From Octopus sinensis (Eukaryota), in assembly GCF_006345805.1 (NCBI RefSeq), contig NC_042998.1:39618001-39682000 (forward strand): DNA of 64,000 nt, read 5' to 3'. The notes under the pieces are model-generated. The model searched no databases, was not told the origin of the DNA, and was given only the letters and a program-made list of their open reading frames with translations. The stretch's first letter is position 1, and each line of letters opens with the position of its first letter. Made by a program: the position numbers and the translations under genes. Positions 1-12,900 of this stretch are shown here, piece by piece.

Positions 1-101
1 TACACAGTGTACTGGGTGTTTTTAATGTAACACCAGCATAGGTGCTCTATACATAAAAGACAGGACAACAAATTAAAATAAACATTTTTTTTTTTTTGCA
101 G

Positions 102-163
102 CCAAAGAACTAATTCTCCAACAGATTGAAGAATTAAAGAAGAAGCTAGAATCAATGGATTAA
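102..163 (+). CDS. Probable terminal coding exon of an unidentified convergent gene, (x)KELILQQIEELKKKLESMD*
   Basis: T13-GCAG acceptor at 100-101, then 62 nt open frame (phase 1) with coiled-coil character ending TAA at 161-163. Confidence 0.65.
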
Positions 164-779
164 CAAACATTTTCCTCAACAACTCAAGAAATAGTTTGGG
201 TTTTTTTTTTCTTCTTTCTATTCTCTTCCTTTCACCTGACTGAACTGATTCTAAGAAAATCATTCAGTGTTTCTTTATCATCCTGCTGCTATATTTGTCA
301 ATTTGTAGCTCAGTACAGGCTCAGGTAGTTTATTTTCTACAAGCACATCTAAAGTAACTATCAAATTTAAACTTGGTGCAATTATGTGATTTAGGATTCA
401 TTTAATATCGGAATCTTGTTGAAGCCCAACTCACGGGGCCTTCGTAACATTGAAATTTCTGTTCACACTATGATAATTCAGTGCAGTTGTAGTGAATGGT
501 GGCTGATTATTTAGTGCATCCACAGTTCAAATCTGGTATGAATTTTGTTGACCATAGGTAATATATATCTTTAATATGGTCAAGATTTAGTGCAATCATA
601 CTAAACCTTACAATTATAAACATGCATGTGCATAAAATGCTCTTTATTGAATACACCATTTTAAAAAATTTACTAAATATACCAAATAATTCTTCAGTTA
701 AGATAACTTGGTTTTTGCCATGATTTTTCTAAGTGGCTTTATCAAACTCTTACTGTTTTCCCTTTTTTTTATCAAAAAA

Positions 780-3700
780 AAAAAAAAGGGAAAGCAAATG
801 GAAAGCTGACTCAGTTTCTCTGGCATCACCAGCTCCACCAGCATTTTGCTGTTTTAACGTTTGTAGTTCAAATGTAAAATCATTAATGTTAACGGCGACA
901 ATATTGTATGGTTGACAAACATTTCATCAATTCAAATGTTGTCTGGCGTGAATGTTAAACAGAGGAATGGCACAACCAGGTCAACTTGTCTGCCTGGGTG
1001 CATTGCATTATGGGAATGATGCTAGAGTTTGAATAACCTAATGTGTCATAGGAAATAGACTCAAACAGTTATATATTTTCCTTTTGACAACTGCATTTGG
1101 GTATGTAAGGCTACTTGATATCACAATACAGGCATAAATCAGCAATCTAGTGAAGTGAGGAAAATTAAACAAAATTTTAATACGAAGACCTGATAAGATA
1201 ATTAAATGGTCACATCCAGTTTCTCTCAGATTACCAATGTCCTGGATATTTTCCACAGCTTTTAGCTGTTTATTCACTTTGTTAGGAGTTTGTATAACTG
1301 TTATATTAAAGATTGCATATTTAATGAGTGGCTGTGCTGTCACCAACTCACTGTAGTTTTTGGATAAACATATTGCATATTCCTTTAAAACATTTGTAGA
1401 GATAAAAATGCCAAAAAACAGGTGAGAAGGGAAATGCAAAAGTAGTGTCTGGCTGGAATGGTTTTCAAAATGCATTCATCAACTTTGTTTTTACTGTCCA
1501 CCTGTTAAATGTATGACACGTACAGTAACTGGTTACAGTTAAGTCTATAAGTGATAGTTGATGGGCAAAACTAAAGATTGTTGAAATAGTCAACATTATG
1601 TTTGATGCTGCTCATTTATTGGGCAACAGTAAACACTAAAGATTTCTTTTTGAAGTCAGGTTAAGGTTTGATATAACCCAGACACAGTTTTAAAAGTTCA
1701 GTTAGAATATTAAGGTCAGATTGAGGAGTGATTTAAAAGGTTTTGTGGTAAAAATTTACTCTGTTCTCATGAGACAGTCAAGTAGAAGCTGGTTTCATTT
1801 TAAATGTAGTTTTATTTTCTTCAGCAAAACTTTTCTGGTGTAATGAGAGAACTTCACTGAATTATTCTGCTGCCTAAAAAAGCTTTTGATGCTCTGGGGC
1901 ATTAGCAGATTTGTGGCTAAAACCGTTCAATTTACACAGCATAATGTATTTTAGTAACAATTCTTTTGCAACTAAAGGATTATGTCCTGGGCATGAGTTT
2001 CAAATTTCATCATTGCATCTGATAAGTTTTCTGATAATTTCCATGTTATTCTCAGTCATTAACACTGTCCATTGAAAGTAAATAATTAAATATTTTTTAA
2101 TTAGGTCTTAAAGATCATCACAAATATCAGTGATGTCACATAAAATGTTCATTTTGTTTCAATATTACATTGAGATTGGAGGATTGTATATTAGTGGGGT
2201 TAATTATTTAGTATGAATTGTTGGTTAGTTATGAATTTTTTTTTTTATCTGTTTAAAGAGCAACTTTAGAAGAAGGTGCTTGCAAACTGGAAAGAAACTG
2301 AATAAAGCTGACCCCAGGGCTAATATTAATTTCCGGTTGAAGTTTCTTTCTAATTCTTAGTCAGATTTTCTATTTTCCAAGACAGTGTTCTTCACTCTGT
2401 ATGCTGTACACTAAAACTATCCTGGATTCTGGTGTTTTTCTTTATCTTATTTTTGATAGAAGATATTTCTCCATTTACTCGAGCCATTTTGAAAGACATG
2501 TATCATGTTACTGGTTGAAAAAAAGGAAAACTTTGCTATTTTTCTTGACAAAGAATAGAAAGTGATCCCCTGACAAAACAAGTTTCACGTTTTGATCTTC
2601 AGTTGTTCTTGTCGTCTCAGTTCACATGAACCTAACAACTTTGTTCCAAGAGAAAGTCTCGAGTTCTGTGGTAAGCAAAGTTTGCTACTTGTTTTAGACC
2701 AAGTTAACTTTGGATCATTAATTTCTTGTCCCGGTGAGAAAAGTATGAATCCCACAAATATTTCATTTCTAAATTTATTTGGAGGAGAGAATTGTCCAAA
2801 ACTTAGTTCTTTTAATGTGACGAATGCTGCAAAGGAATTGGAATGATGCTGGCAGCAGCCACCACATAGTTACAGTTGCTTGCACTGTTTATGGAAAGTG
2901 CAGGTGTTGTATCAATTGCTCGTTCATCAGTGCTTTATCTATGACATTAAAAGTTTATGCAAAAATATTAGATTTTAATCATTCTGTTTGGATAAGCTTC
3001 TTAATATGTCCAGGTGAGGCTGAATTCCTTTTCTGCTACCTGCAGCTGAGGCAACTTGTTCTGATATGGAGAAAACATCAGCCATTGCAACCTTTCAGTG
3101 AGGTTTCTCTCAAGGTAGACTGCAGCCATACATTTAAACAATATCACTTCATTGAACTGTAGTGTTTTTTCTAGAGCAATAGGCCATCACTGCAGCTGGT
3201 GTGTGTATGTATTGCTGAAATCATTCACTTTCCTTACCCAAGTCCATTTGAAAAAAAATTGGATTTTGTGTCACAGAAAATGTTTATCAAATTCTGAGTT
3301 ACCAGTTTGCTTGTCTGCTGCTTTTTTTATTTTTTATTTTTTAAAAATTGGAATGTAGTTACATTTTACAATTATCTCTATTTTTTGCAAAATTGATTTT
3401 TGTCAACAGGAACAAACTGTTCATGACTTCTTATTCTACTTAATGCAAATTGTATTTCCACTAATAATAATAATAATATAACATCAGTAATGTTAAAAGC
3501 AACCTATCTTTTATAATTTCCTGATTCCAGACATTCTGGGGAAAGCATTTGAGATTTTCATCAATGGCTGAACTCTGGAGGTTTTTAGTGGTGCAATGTC
3601 AGTTTTTCCTTGTCCACAAAAACCTTTTAATTTCTGAGTGGTTTCATTGGTGCACTGTTAGGGCCTTCTGAGGAATTTATTGTTAAAACACCTAAAAATC

Positions 3701-6480
3701 TTCTGGCAGCAGTAAATTAGTGCAACCACAAGGCTCTGAGCAGATGCTTTGGTTTGGCCAGTTGACAAAGAAAATCTTGGCTTTTCTAAAGTGATTGAGC
3801 TGGTTCCAAGAGATGCAAGTGTGTTTATAAAATTTTTTCCTAGATGTTATCTGGATTACTCTACATGCATTACAAAATGTCTGGAGTTCTTTCTTATAGT
3901 TAAACATTCACAGAGTAGTAGCAGTGATTGGTCAAGTTAGCTGACCTTGCTATGAATATTTCTCTGGTTCCTCTTTGGGGAAAATTTTTCTTTCATTTTC
4001 ACGAAGCTGAAAAATGGGGAGAATTCTAACTTGCTTTTCTTTATAGCTATGAAAGATCTTTTATCTATGTGTGTGGTGGGGGGAGAGAATATTTTAAACG
4101 GGACTTTTTAGAAAGGAAAATCCTTTGATTCTTTTGGTCCTCATTGCTGCACAGTGACGCACAGTCATTGTATATCTTGACACAAATTTGAATGTGGAAA
4201 ATTGCTTGCAAAAATTAGATTTTTGCGAGCTTTACCAAGTCCAGTTCAGCTGGAAGGTTCTATCGAGACATTCCCTTAATGTTTACTGATTTCAGAACAA
4301 TTAAACAATTCCAAGCATATTTTTGATGCCAGCAAAAATCTGTTTTTGTTTCACTGCGAATTGGATGAACTTTGTCCTGGCATGTTTAATAATTTAGTTA
4401 TAAATTATAGTTAAATTTATGGAACTGATCTGGCACTTTATTATGAGAAATGTTTCTGTTCAGAAAGTTTTGAAAAATACTGAAAATAAATGTTTCAAAA
4501 TTGTAAGATCATTTAATATCAAAGAAAGTTGTATCACCTCCCAGGAGAACCACAAAAACCATGTGCTGACAAAGTCTCTCCCATTTTACACTGTAGAGGC
4601 CTCATCTAAGGAAGTCTATACATCTTATATAGACTTTTTCATTTCTTGGGCAAAATGAAGGCCACCACACAGGTATTTTTTGATTGAATTGAGGCCAGGA
4701 GAACATAACTTTAATGTTAAGGCCCTTCAAATCAGTTTCACTTTGTATGCGATAGATTGGAGCATTGTTGGCCCCAACAATTCTTTCACCTTATGGAAGC
4801 AAGGTATCAGAAAAGACAAATACATGCCAGCATTAAGCTGCGTGGAAATGGTTTTCTAAATGGTCTAAAAGCTGGACAAACCATTTCCGTCACTTTGTGC
4901 AAATCATGCCAAACCAATTTTTTCTCATCTGACCACAGTCACAGACTTCCATCTGTGTTCTGAACAATTCAATCTTTGCTTTTTGGATTTTTTTCTTTTG
5001 GTCTTGAAAATCTTAGGTTCGGTGAGTTCTTCAGTTCCCTCTACACAGCCCATCATGACAGTTTTAAGAAATGTTGGATTTTCTGTCACCTAATTGTTGG
5101 CTGCTCTTCTAATGACTAACTCCTTTCTTGTAGATCTTTTGACTGCACAAAAAAATGTTGCTAATTGCTCTCATAAAATGCCTCAGTTGAGTTGCTGTTT
5201 CTTACTGACTCAACTTGTCTGAATGACCTCAAGTTGTGATAGTTGTTTATCTTGTGACATGGTTGAAATCTCTTTAGAAATAAAATACAACTTTCTTTGT
5301 TTACTACAAATAATTATTAAAGTGTTATCCAAGTGTCAAAAAGAAGACAAAAAAAGTTTATATATTTTAGCAAAATTACCTTGGTTGTGCAGCATTTTAT
5401 GCTGTGGTTTTATAACATTTATTTGCAGTGTTTTTAAAACAAAACGGAAATTAATAAATATAAACTTTCTTGAAATAAATGATCAATTCCAAATAACTCA
5501 TGAAAAGCAGCATATTCTCTTTACAAGTTCAAAATTGAGTTGGTGTCACAAAACACGCACCATGCTGTGTAGATCAAGGTGGTTTTATTTTTTATTACTG
5601 CCTTACAAAGATCTTAATGCAGTTTTTTGCTGTTTATGTCATGTCACAGCAGCTTGAGACTAAATGCCGTGATTTTTATGGCTTTGGGAAAGATTTTTAC
5701 TGAAATTTTAGGCTTGCTTGTGAGAATCTTTCCCTCTTCTTTTACAGCCTGAGTTCTTCTAAAATTCCATCTTCCTTTTTAGACCAACTCAAATTGTCTT
5801 GTAGTGACACTAACACACAATCCAATGAAGGATCCTCAACTCAGCTGATTGACTAGCTAAAAATAACAGCAAAATTTCCCCCAAATTCACACTTGACCAT
5901 CTTAGATAATATAATCCAAGATAGCCTTAACAAAAAACATGGAGTGATCACAACAGGACTACATTTTTAATTGTGGGCCTACTCAGTTCAAGTTTCCAAA
6001 ACGGAAACTTAGGGAAATTTACTTGTCTAAGTTCATTCACGAGGAAATTTCCCAGGGGAAACCTTTCCAATATTAAGGGGCTGTTGAGAAAAGCTAACAA
6101 TTTTGGTTAACTAACCAAGCATCTAGTAAGGTCAAAATTAGATGGATATTCTTAGTGATTTAATTTTGTTATTCATAGGACCCAGTGACTAGTTTTTTTA
6201 TTGCTTTCTTTGAAGTGTGTGTGACTTTTTCAGTACAAATGGATTATTTTTGCTTAAAATATTTGCTGGTGCTGCTATTTGTAACAAATGTTAGAATTTG
6301 AAAATAAAACATCTTTCAAATAAATTTGTATTTGTATCTTTTTCTGATACCAACAGCACTCTACAAATGGAATTCTGTTCTAACCAAATTGCCTGCACCT
6401 CTTGAACAACTAAGTTAAACGTTCAGTTAATAAAGGAAACCAATTTTTCCCATTATACAGACCTCAACAAATTAAACTGC
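780..6480 (-). pseudogene. Decayed intronless long ORF of unknown identity
   Basis: Minus-strand frames give long protein-like runs broken by scattered stops and frameshifts (145-aa ORF 1038-1475; AFVTLKELSFGQFSPPNKFRNEIF... about 80 codons near 2830-2590). Many antisense-type ORFs on plus. Confidence 0.45.
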
Positions 6481-6800
6481 TAGCTGAGCCTGAGTGAGAT
6501 TTTAGAACTAGTATCTTTATTGGTCCTGGATATACCCAAGACCATAGCAGTGACTAACAGGAAAATCTAAAAATACAATAACTGACTGGTACTTTTGTAA
6601 CAAAGTTCATCTTGTTTCAAGAGGGTTGAGAATTGAAATTTCATTCTATGGAAATGTTATAACAAAATGTCACCTGTCAATGTAGGCATTGAACCAGGCT
6701 GGACTTTTATGTTTAGCATACTCTTAGAAAAGAGGACTGCCATTGGGTTTTCCAGCCAGTTGTAACTTAAAAACAAACAAAAATTTGAAAATAATCTAAA

Positions 6801-6806
6801 TTTATT
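6801..6806 (-). terminator. Candidate FANCI polyadenylation signal AATAAA
   Basis: TTTATT on plus, about 40 nt downstream of the FANCI stop. Confidence 0.4.
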
Positions 6807-6843
6807 ATTTAAAAAATTAAACCCAAACAGCCAAACAGGTATT

Positions 6844-6903
6844 TCAACTACGTGCTTTCTTTGATGGAGGTTCATCACTTTTTGAAGATCCAACATTTTC
6901 GAC
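6844..6903 (-). CDS. FANCI: FANCI last coding exon [19 protein letters not shown]
   Basis: ttcag acceptor, phase 0, basic NLS-like C-terminus, TGA 6846-6844. Confidence 0.85.
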   Translation of the reverse strand, partial: VENVGSSKSDEPPSKKARS

Positions 6904-9900
6904 CTGAATAATTAAAACAGAAAGGTTTTACGATTTGGCAAAGAAGTTCTTTTGTAACAACACTCTTTATCGAAATGGAACTATCAAAAGGTAAAAAGCT
7001 AAATACTTTATCCATATGCTGCTACCCAACTTAGGTATTTATACTGGTAAGACTAGTGGAAAGGTGAGAAGCGTTTTGTGGGTGTTTTGGTAATTCTGTT
7101 GGGTTGGGGAAATCAAGTGGGAGATAGAAGAATGGGATCTTGAATTTGTTTTGAGTCTGAATCTTTCATGAATTACTGATTGTGTTGTATGAGGGATGTG
7201 TTAAGACTTGTCCATGATGGATAGAGGTATTTAACAAAACTGGCAGAGAGCTAAAAGGCAGTTTGCTGTTTATGAAGAGTCTGGAGAGGTGGGCATCTTT
7301 GGTGTGTTGTCTAGTGAGACAGTAACTGGGAGAGACTGAGTTTAGTAGTGATTAGTGGTACTAATCACTGCTGAGAGTTAACGACTGAAAAACATTTTTG
7401 GTGTGTGGAAACCAAGAAGAGTTGTGAAGATTGAAAAGATGTGGCATGCAATACTCATTACAAGATTAGAGAAGGAGACTTTGGGCTAGCACAAAGTATT
7501 TGTGGCTGATATTCAGGCGAGAGTAGAATGTCTGTATGTCCTGGTACTGTCACTGCAGATTGTAGCCTGGATAGCAAATATACACTAAACATATAGGAGA
7601 AGAGGTCTTGGAGAGAACTGGTGTATCGGTGAGAAGGAGGTAAGGGAATTCTCTGGTGTTAAAGAGGGAAATGCTGAGAATTGTAATGTCTACATCAATC
7701 CTGGATGTTTGTGACATTGGAGGGAATTCTGAAACAGAAGTTACATCCTCCTATGATTGTAAACCTTTGGAATATCTAGTGTTAGGTATTACTATCTCGT
7801 TTCACTTGCACTTGCTATAAACTGGGAAAGAGAATAGCTGGAACCTCCACAAAACATAGCCCTTGGTCAACTGGTAGTATTAAATCAGACAGCTTGTAGA
7901 GCTTAATACCTATCAGCTATAGAATGTCTGAAGTAGGACTGCAGGATCATGGCTAGAAGAGCTTTTATCATAGGTTTCATTCAATAATGATTAACCTGGG
8001 GCTTAAATAAACAATTTCCTGCTCCAGCAATTGAAGTAACTGCGGAAGAATAGTGCTAAGCTTCACAGACAGGAAACTACATTGTGTGGATCCTGCCGAT
8101 TTGTGTCGGCCAGACATAGCTTTGAAACGATCACTTTGATATTTATTAGGATAATTTTGATAACACTGGCAAAAGCCTATGATGATAAGGGTTTCTGATT
8201 TGGGCAGAAGCTCAACAATTTTACTGGGGTGCAGATTTGTTGAAAGCATCAACCTTGGTACTCTAATCAAAGCCAGACAGGGGACAAAAGGAAGGGCATT
8301 TGCCAGAACAGTTAATACCAAGCATCTTGCCTGATGCTTGAACAATTTTGCCAATCCAAACAATAATTATCCTTTCTACTTCAGGCACAAGACTTGAAAT
8401 TTTTTTTGGGGGGGGGGGGGGGTTCAATTACATCAACCCCGGTGTTTAACTGGTACTTATTTTAATGACCCTGAAAGATGAAAGGCAAAGTAGACTAGAG
8501 CAGCTTTTAAACTCAGAATTTTTATGATTTGCTAAAGATTCTGCCTTAATTTCTAAAAAGATGCAAAATTACAAATTGGAAGAAACAATGAATTTCTAAT
8601 GAACCCAGCCATCTGAAGTATTGAAAGGATGAGAAAAGCAAAGAAAACCCAGAAGCAATTTGAACTCAGGAATGTAAAACAGTCTCGACAAGATGCTGCA
8701 ACACATTTTATTTGATGCTCTACCGATTCTATTATACCAAATCCCTCCTACAAGTTTTCCATGTAAAACATTTTGAATTCAATACAAAACCATGAGTTCT
8801 TTTATTTACCTGCTTATTGGCTGTGCTTCCTTTGTTCTCATCATCTTCACTGTCATCTTCGCTGTTACTCATTTCTTGCAGAACTGCACGCACTACAGCT
8901 CCATTGATGCGGAAATCCCTGGCTACACTTGGCTTCACGTGTTCCATGAGATTAACCTGTACACGTGTCAAAAAAACAAAAAACATTTACCACTTTGCTA
9001 GTTTTTTTCTCTTTCACAGAATCTTTTGTTCTCATCATCTAAAATGCTTTTTGTTTCTTTCATTGTCATATTGTTCTCATTAAATCTACCGATCTTTCAT
9101 GGCACCATCACTAGTGAAGATTTCAACTTGCAAGACTAAAAGGCCTCCAAGACCGAGAAGAAACAAATGGGTTTAGGTGTGAGGGAGAGAGACAATAGAG
9201 CAGCAAGGGATGGAGTCTGTAAGAAGGACCTAGTGTGATAGGGGAAACACAGATGAAATGGTGGGGTGGGAGAGAAAGAGAGGTAAGGAGTGCAGCTGTG
9301 AGAACACCTTAATCCATTTGTTAGGGTTCTTTCTGCACAGTCTATCACCATTTGGTGTGGCCATTTATCACCTCATTTGTTGGGTTCAGCATCTTAAGAT
9401 CAGCTTTCATCATGAGTGGGTATGTGTATATGCCTAAGACTATTAAGAACATAGAGCCACATGTGTAAGGATTAAATTTGTCTGAGTACACTGTTGGTGA
9501 CTGACGAGCCCAACCCTTGGCCCCTAGATATTGCAGACTAAGCTTTCCCCATTCACTACATTGAATGCTTCTGAGCAGTTTGTTTCAATTCTGCAGGAAA
9601 AACATCTGTTTTTTTGGAAAATACCTACTCTTTCTCTTACTTGTTTGGCAGCAATAACAAACATTGCTTCCCCAATTGTCCTCCCATATTTTACATGCCT
9701 CTAACATGGACTTAACATAATCCTTAAATTGTAGTCTTGGTTGTGCATTCCACAAACAAGTTCACCATGCAGCATCTGCTAAAAGGGATCTTTTGATCTT
9801 TCATCCGAACAACATGTCCAGTCCAATGTAAACAATGCTTGGACATCGTCATATCAGCTTCCCTCAAGACCTCTGTGTCTGGAGTCTGCAAGGACCAGCT

Positions 9901-12900
9901 AGTAGTTAGAATACAACTCAGACATCTCTGAGTTACAGGAAAGACTTTTGCATGATTCCTGTAAAGGGTCCATGTCTCACGTTAGTAAAAATGTGACATC
10001 AGCATGTGGATGGTCTACAGCAACTTTTGTTTGCCTTGTGATACCATGTTGGGACCAGACTTGAGACTCAAGAGAGCCCCAAAGGAATCATTTGTCTTCT
10101 GAAGCCTTAAAGGTATTTCCCCATTTAAGTGTCAAGAACAGGTGAGTGTGCTGTGCACATAAACAAACTTGTCTACCACTTTCAGGACTGTTCCTTTGCC
10201 TAAGGTAGATGGTTTCACATTTGGATTTTCTGGCACATTACAACAATCTTTTTAATTTGATGCCTCTGTAATTGCTTCTAAGGTAGCTCCCTCACTCTTG
10301 TAGTGACTGACTATAGGGTGACTAAACTGTATTCTACTCCACCAGATATCTTCCTCATGCTGTAAGACATTGGCAGACCTCTTCCTTTCTGCTTCTTCCC
10401 TAGCCAGATAAACCTAATGCCTAGCTTCCCTTTTAGCTACCTCCACTCTTTCTAAACTCATCTATTTTCATTTGTGGTCCTGTCAACCTCACTGTTACAC
10501 TAACATATTGCCCTTGCTCTGGCAGAAACTGCTGCAGCCACAGATTTAGACTGTGAACGGAAGTGTGTGTGTTGTGTATATGCTTCGATGTCATTGTTAT
10601 TTTCCACTTTGAAAACAGTTCTTGACTGTGAATTAAGCTTAAAAGAAAGGGGGAGGGGGTGAATGGAAACTATTTAAAACAGAAAAGATCTGTTGATAAA
10701 CTGAAAAGCAACAGCTTCTCTTAATTCCATAAATTATTCCATTATCTTTAGACACTTTTGAATATAGCAATCAGGAGGAAAAAGCCTAAAATTTCTTACA
10801 TTTTGTAAAGAGAAAATGGAGGGGGAAAACAAACGAACATGAAAAATAAAAACATTAAAATACACAATATAAACTAAAACTGATCACCAATAAGTGATGA
10901 GATGGAATCGATCTCCATGAGTACTTGAAATATGTCTCAAGAGCAGAGAGATGAAATGAAAATCTATATTAATAAAGGACTAAAAATGCCATGGTCATCA
11001 TTATGATCACCTGGTGTCAGGTTTGCCTGACAAAATGATGATGGTGTAGTGATGACAGCACTCGTCTATGGAGTCCCCAGTTTGTGGATAGGGGAATGGC
11101 CTGTAGATAGCTGCAAATTCTCAATAAGCAGTGCCAGATAAAATTACGAGTTGTCCTTTGGTAAGGCACAGTGCCTGTTGACCACCCTACCAGGGTTACA
11201 GTGAAATCGTGAAAATGCCATTATCATTGGAATGCAGGATAGTGGTTGGGAACAGTAATGTAAGACTTTGGATTTCTTCCATTTTACAGAACGAATTACA
11301 CTTTTATGAATCTTGGTCTGGGAAACATTTCAGTTTGATTTGCACTGCAATTGTCTGTAAGACCTATGACCCTAGTTGAGAAATTAGGGATTGAAAGACA
11401 GACAAGTCAAGGGATATACCAACTGATTGTTAACGGACAGTTATAGTGAGGGTTTGAACAGGTTAGAGGTGCATAAAGGACATTTTAATGCCTTAGTAGT
11501 AATAATATTTAAAATGAACTTTAATAACTTTGTGTTCTTAACTTACACTGCAGTGTGGTTACTTGTGACAGATTTAAAAAAAAAAGTATACAAGGCAATT
11601 GTTTGGATATTAAATGATTAATTCTATTTCAATGTACTGCATTCCGCAGAAACTTTACCAACCTTGCATTGATAAGAACACAAATTAAAACTCAATGTAA
11701 ATCATAAGTTGGCATTTGATGACTGCATGTAAGGCAGCAGGTCTCAACTGGGGTCGTCCACAGAAGAATTTGGCTGCTAAAGATTCTGTACAATAATTGT
11801 TATACTTCTACAATACAATTTCTTTAGAAACATGAAATGGTTATGGAGGGTCCAGTAGAATGAAATAGGAATCAAACAGGTTCATAGGGAAAAAAAGGGT
11901 TGATAACCATTGAGTTAACCCTTTTGTTACTAACCTGGCTGAAACTGGCTTTGGCTCTGAGTACAAATGTCTTATTTTCATAAGCTTTGAATTAAAATCT
12001 TTCACCAAACCTTAGTCACAATTAATGTTCCTAACACTAGCTTAATGATAACCAAGTTATTTTACTAAATTCTTTGTTATATTTAAAATAATTGAGAGAA
12101 AAACAGAGAATCTCAAAATAAATACAGTAATGAAAGGGTTAAGGGATAACTGTAACAGAAATGGAAAGAAAAAATAAAAACAGGGTGCTAATATCTTGGG
12201 ATCTTTCTTTTTAAATAAAGCAACTTTTAAAATTATCAGGAAATTTAGTGGTGTTGAATAAGAAAAGAAAAGAAAAGAAAAAAAAAACAATACACTTCTT
12301 ACTTTGGATTTCTTTGCAAGTTGGACCAAGAATTTTTCATAGTTTTCAATGGCAAAAATAAGTTTTGGCATAACTTTACCCTGCTTCACAATGGAAGAGT
12401 CCTAAAAATAAATAGAAATCAATCTCAATATGGTGAAAGATGAATAGAGAATTAGATTCGGTCAATGGCTGATAGCAATGAAGAGACATACTCTCACCAG
12501 CTTCTACCTTTCCTCAGTCAACCATCAACTTAACACACCCATTTCTCCACTGCTTCAGCCAATTTTAGTTTGCTGACCTTACTCATGTCTATTTAACCAA
12601 TATTGTTACATTATACTGAGGATAGGCTGAAAATCTCATAGGCTGGCCATGTTAGAGCTGTGAAATTTTGCATGCATTAATTCCAACCCTTATTAATAAT
12701 TTGCACTGTTTCTTTCTGTGACTGTTGAAGACTTCAAAAGTAACAAGTTGTGACTACTCTTGAAAAGGGACAAAATTTGCCAGTGTGGTGTTATCACGTA
12801 CCTACAGAAAAAGGGGTTTAGCCCCCAAGGACATTCATGCTGATACTTGCTGCATTAGAGGATGATGCTTCAGCTTTATTAAGAATGCAAAAGTGGACGC

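Noticed and set aside
102-163. POLG last exon (vertebrate FANCI neighbour)
   Set aside because: Peptide does not resemble the POLG C-terminus
2592-5657. Plus-strand ORFs (e.g. 5223-5657)
   Set aside because: C/F/L/S-rich composition typical of antisense frames; no splice or start context
780-6480. Naming the decayed ORF (C18orf63-like, SAMD9-like, viral L protein)
   Set aside because: Only short, inconsistent resemblances with wrong spacing; no catalytic motifs
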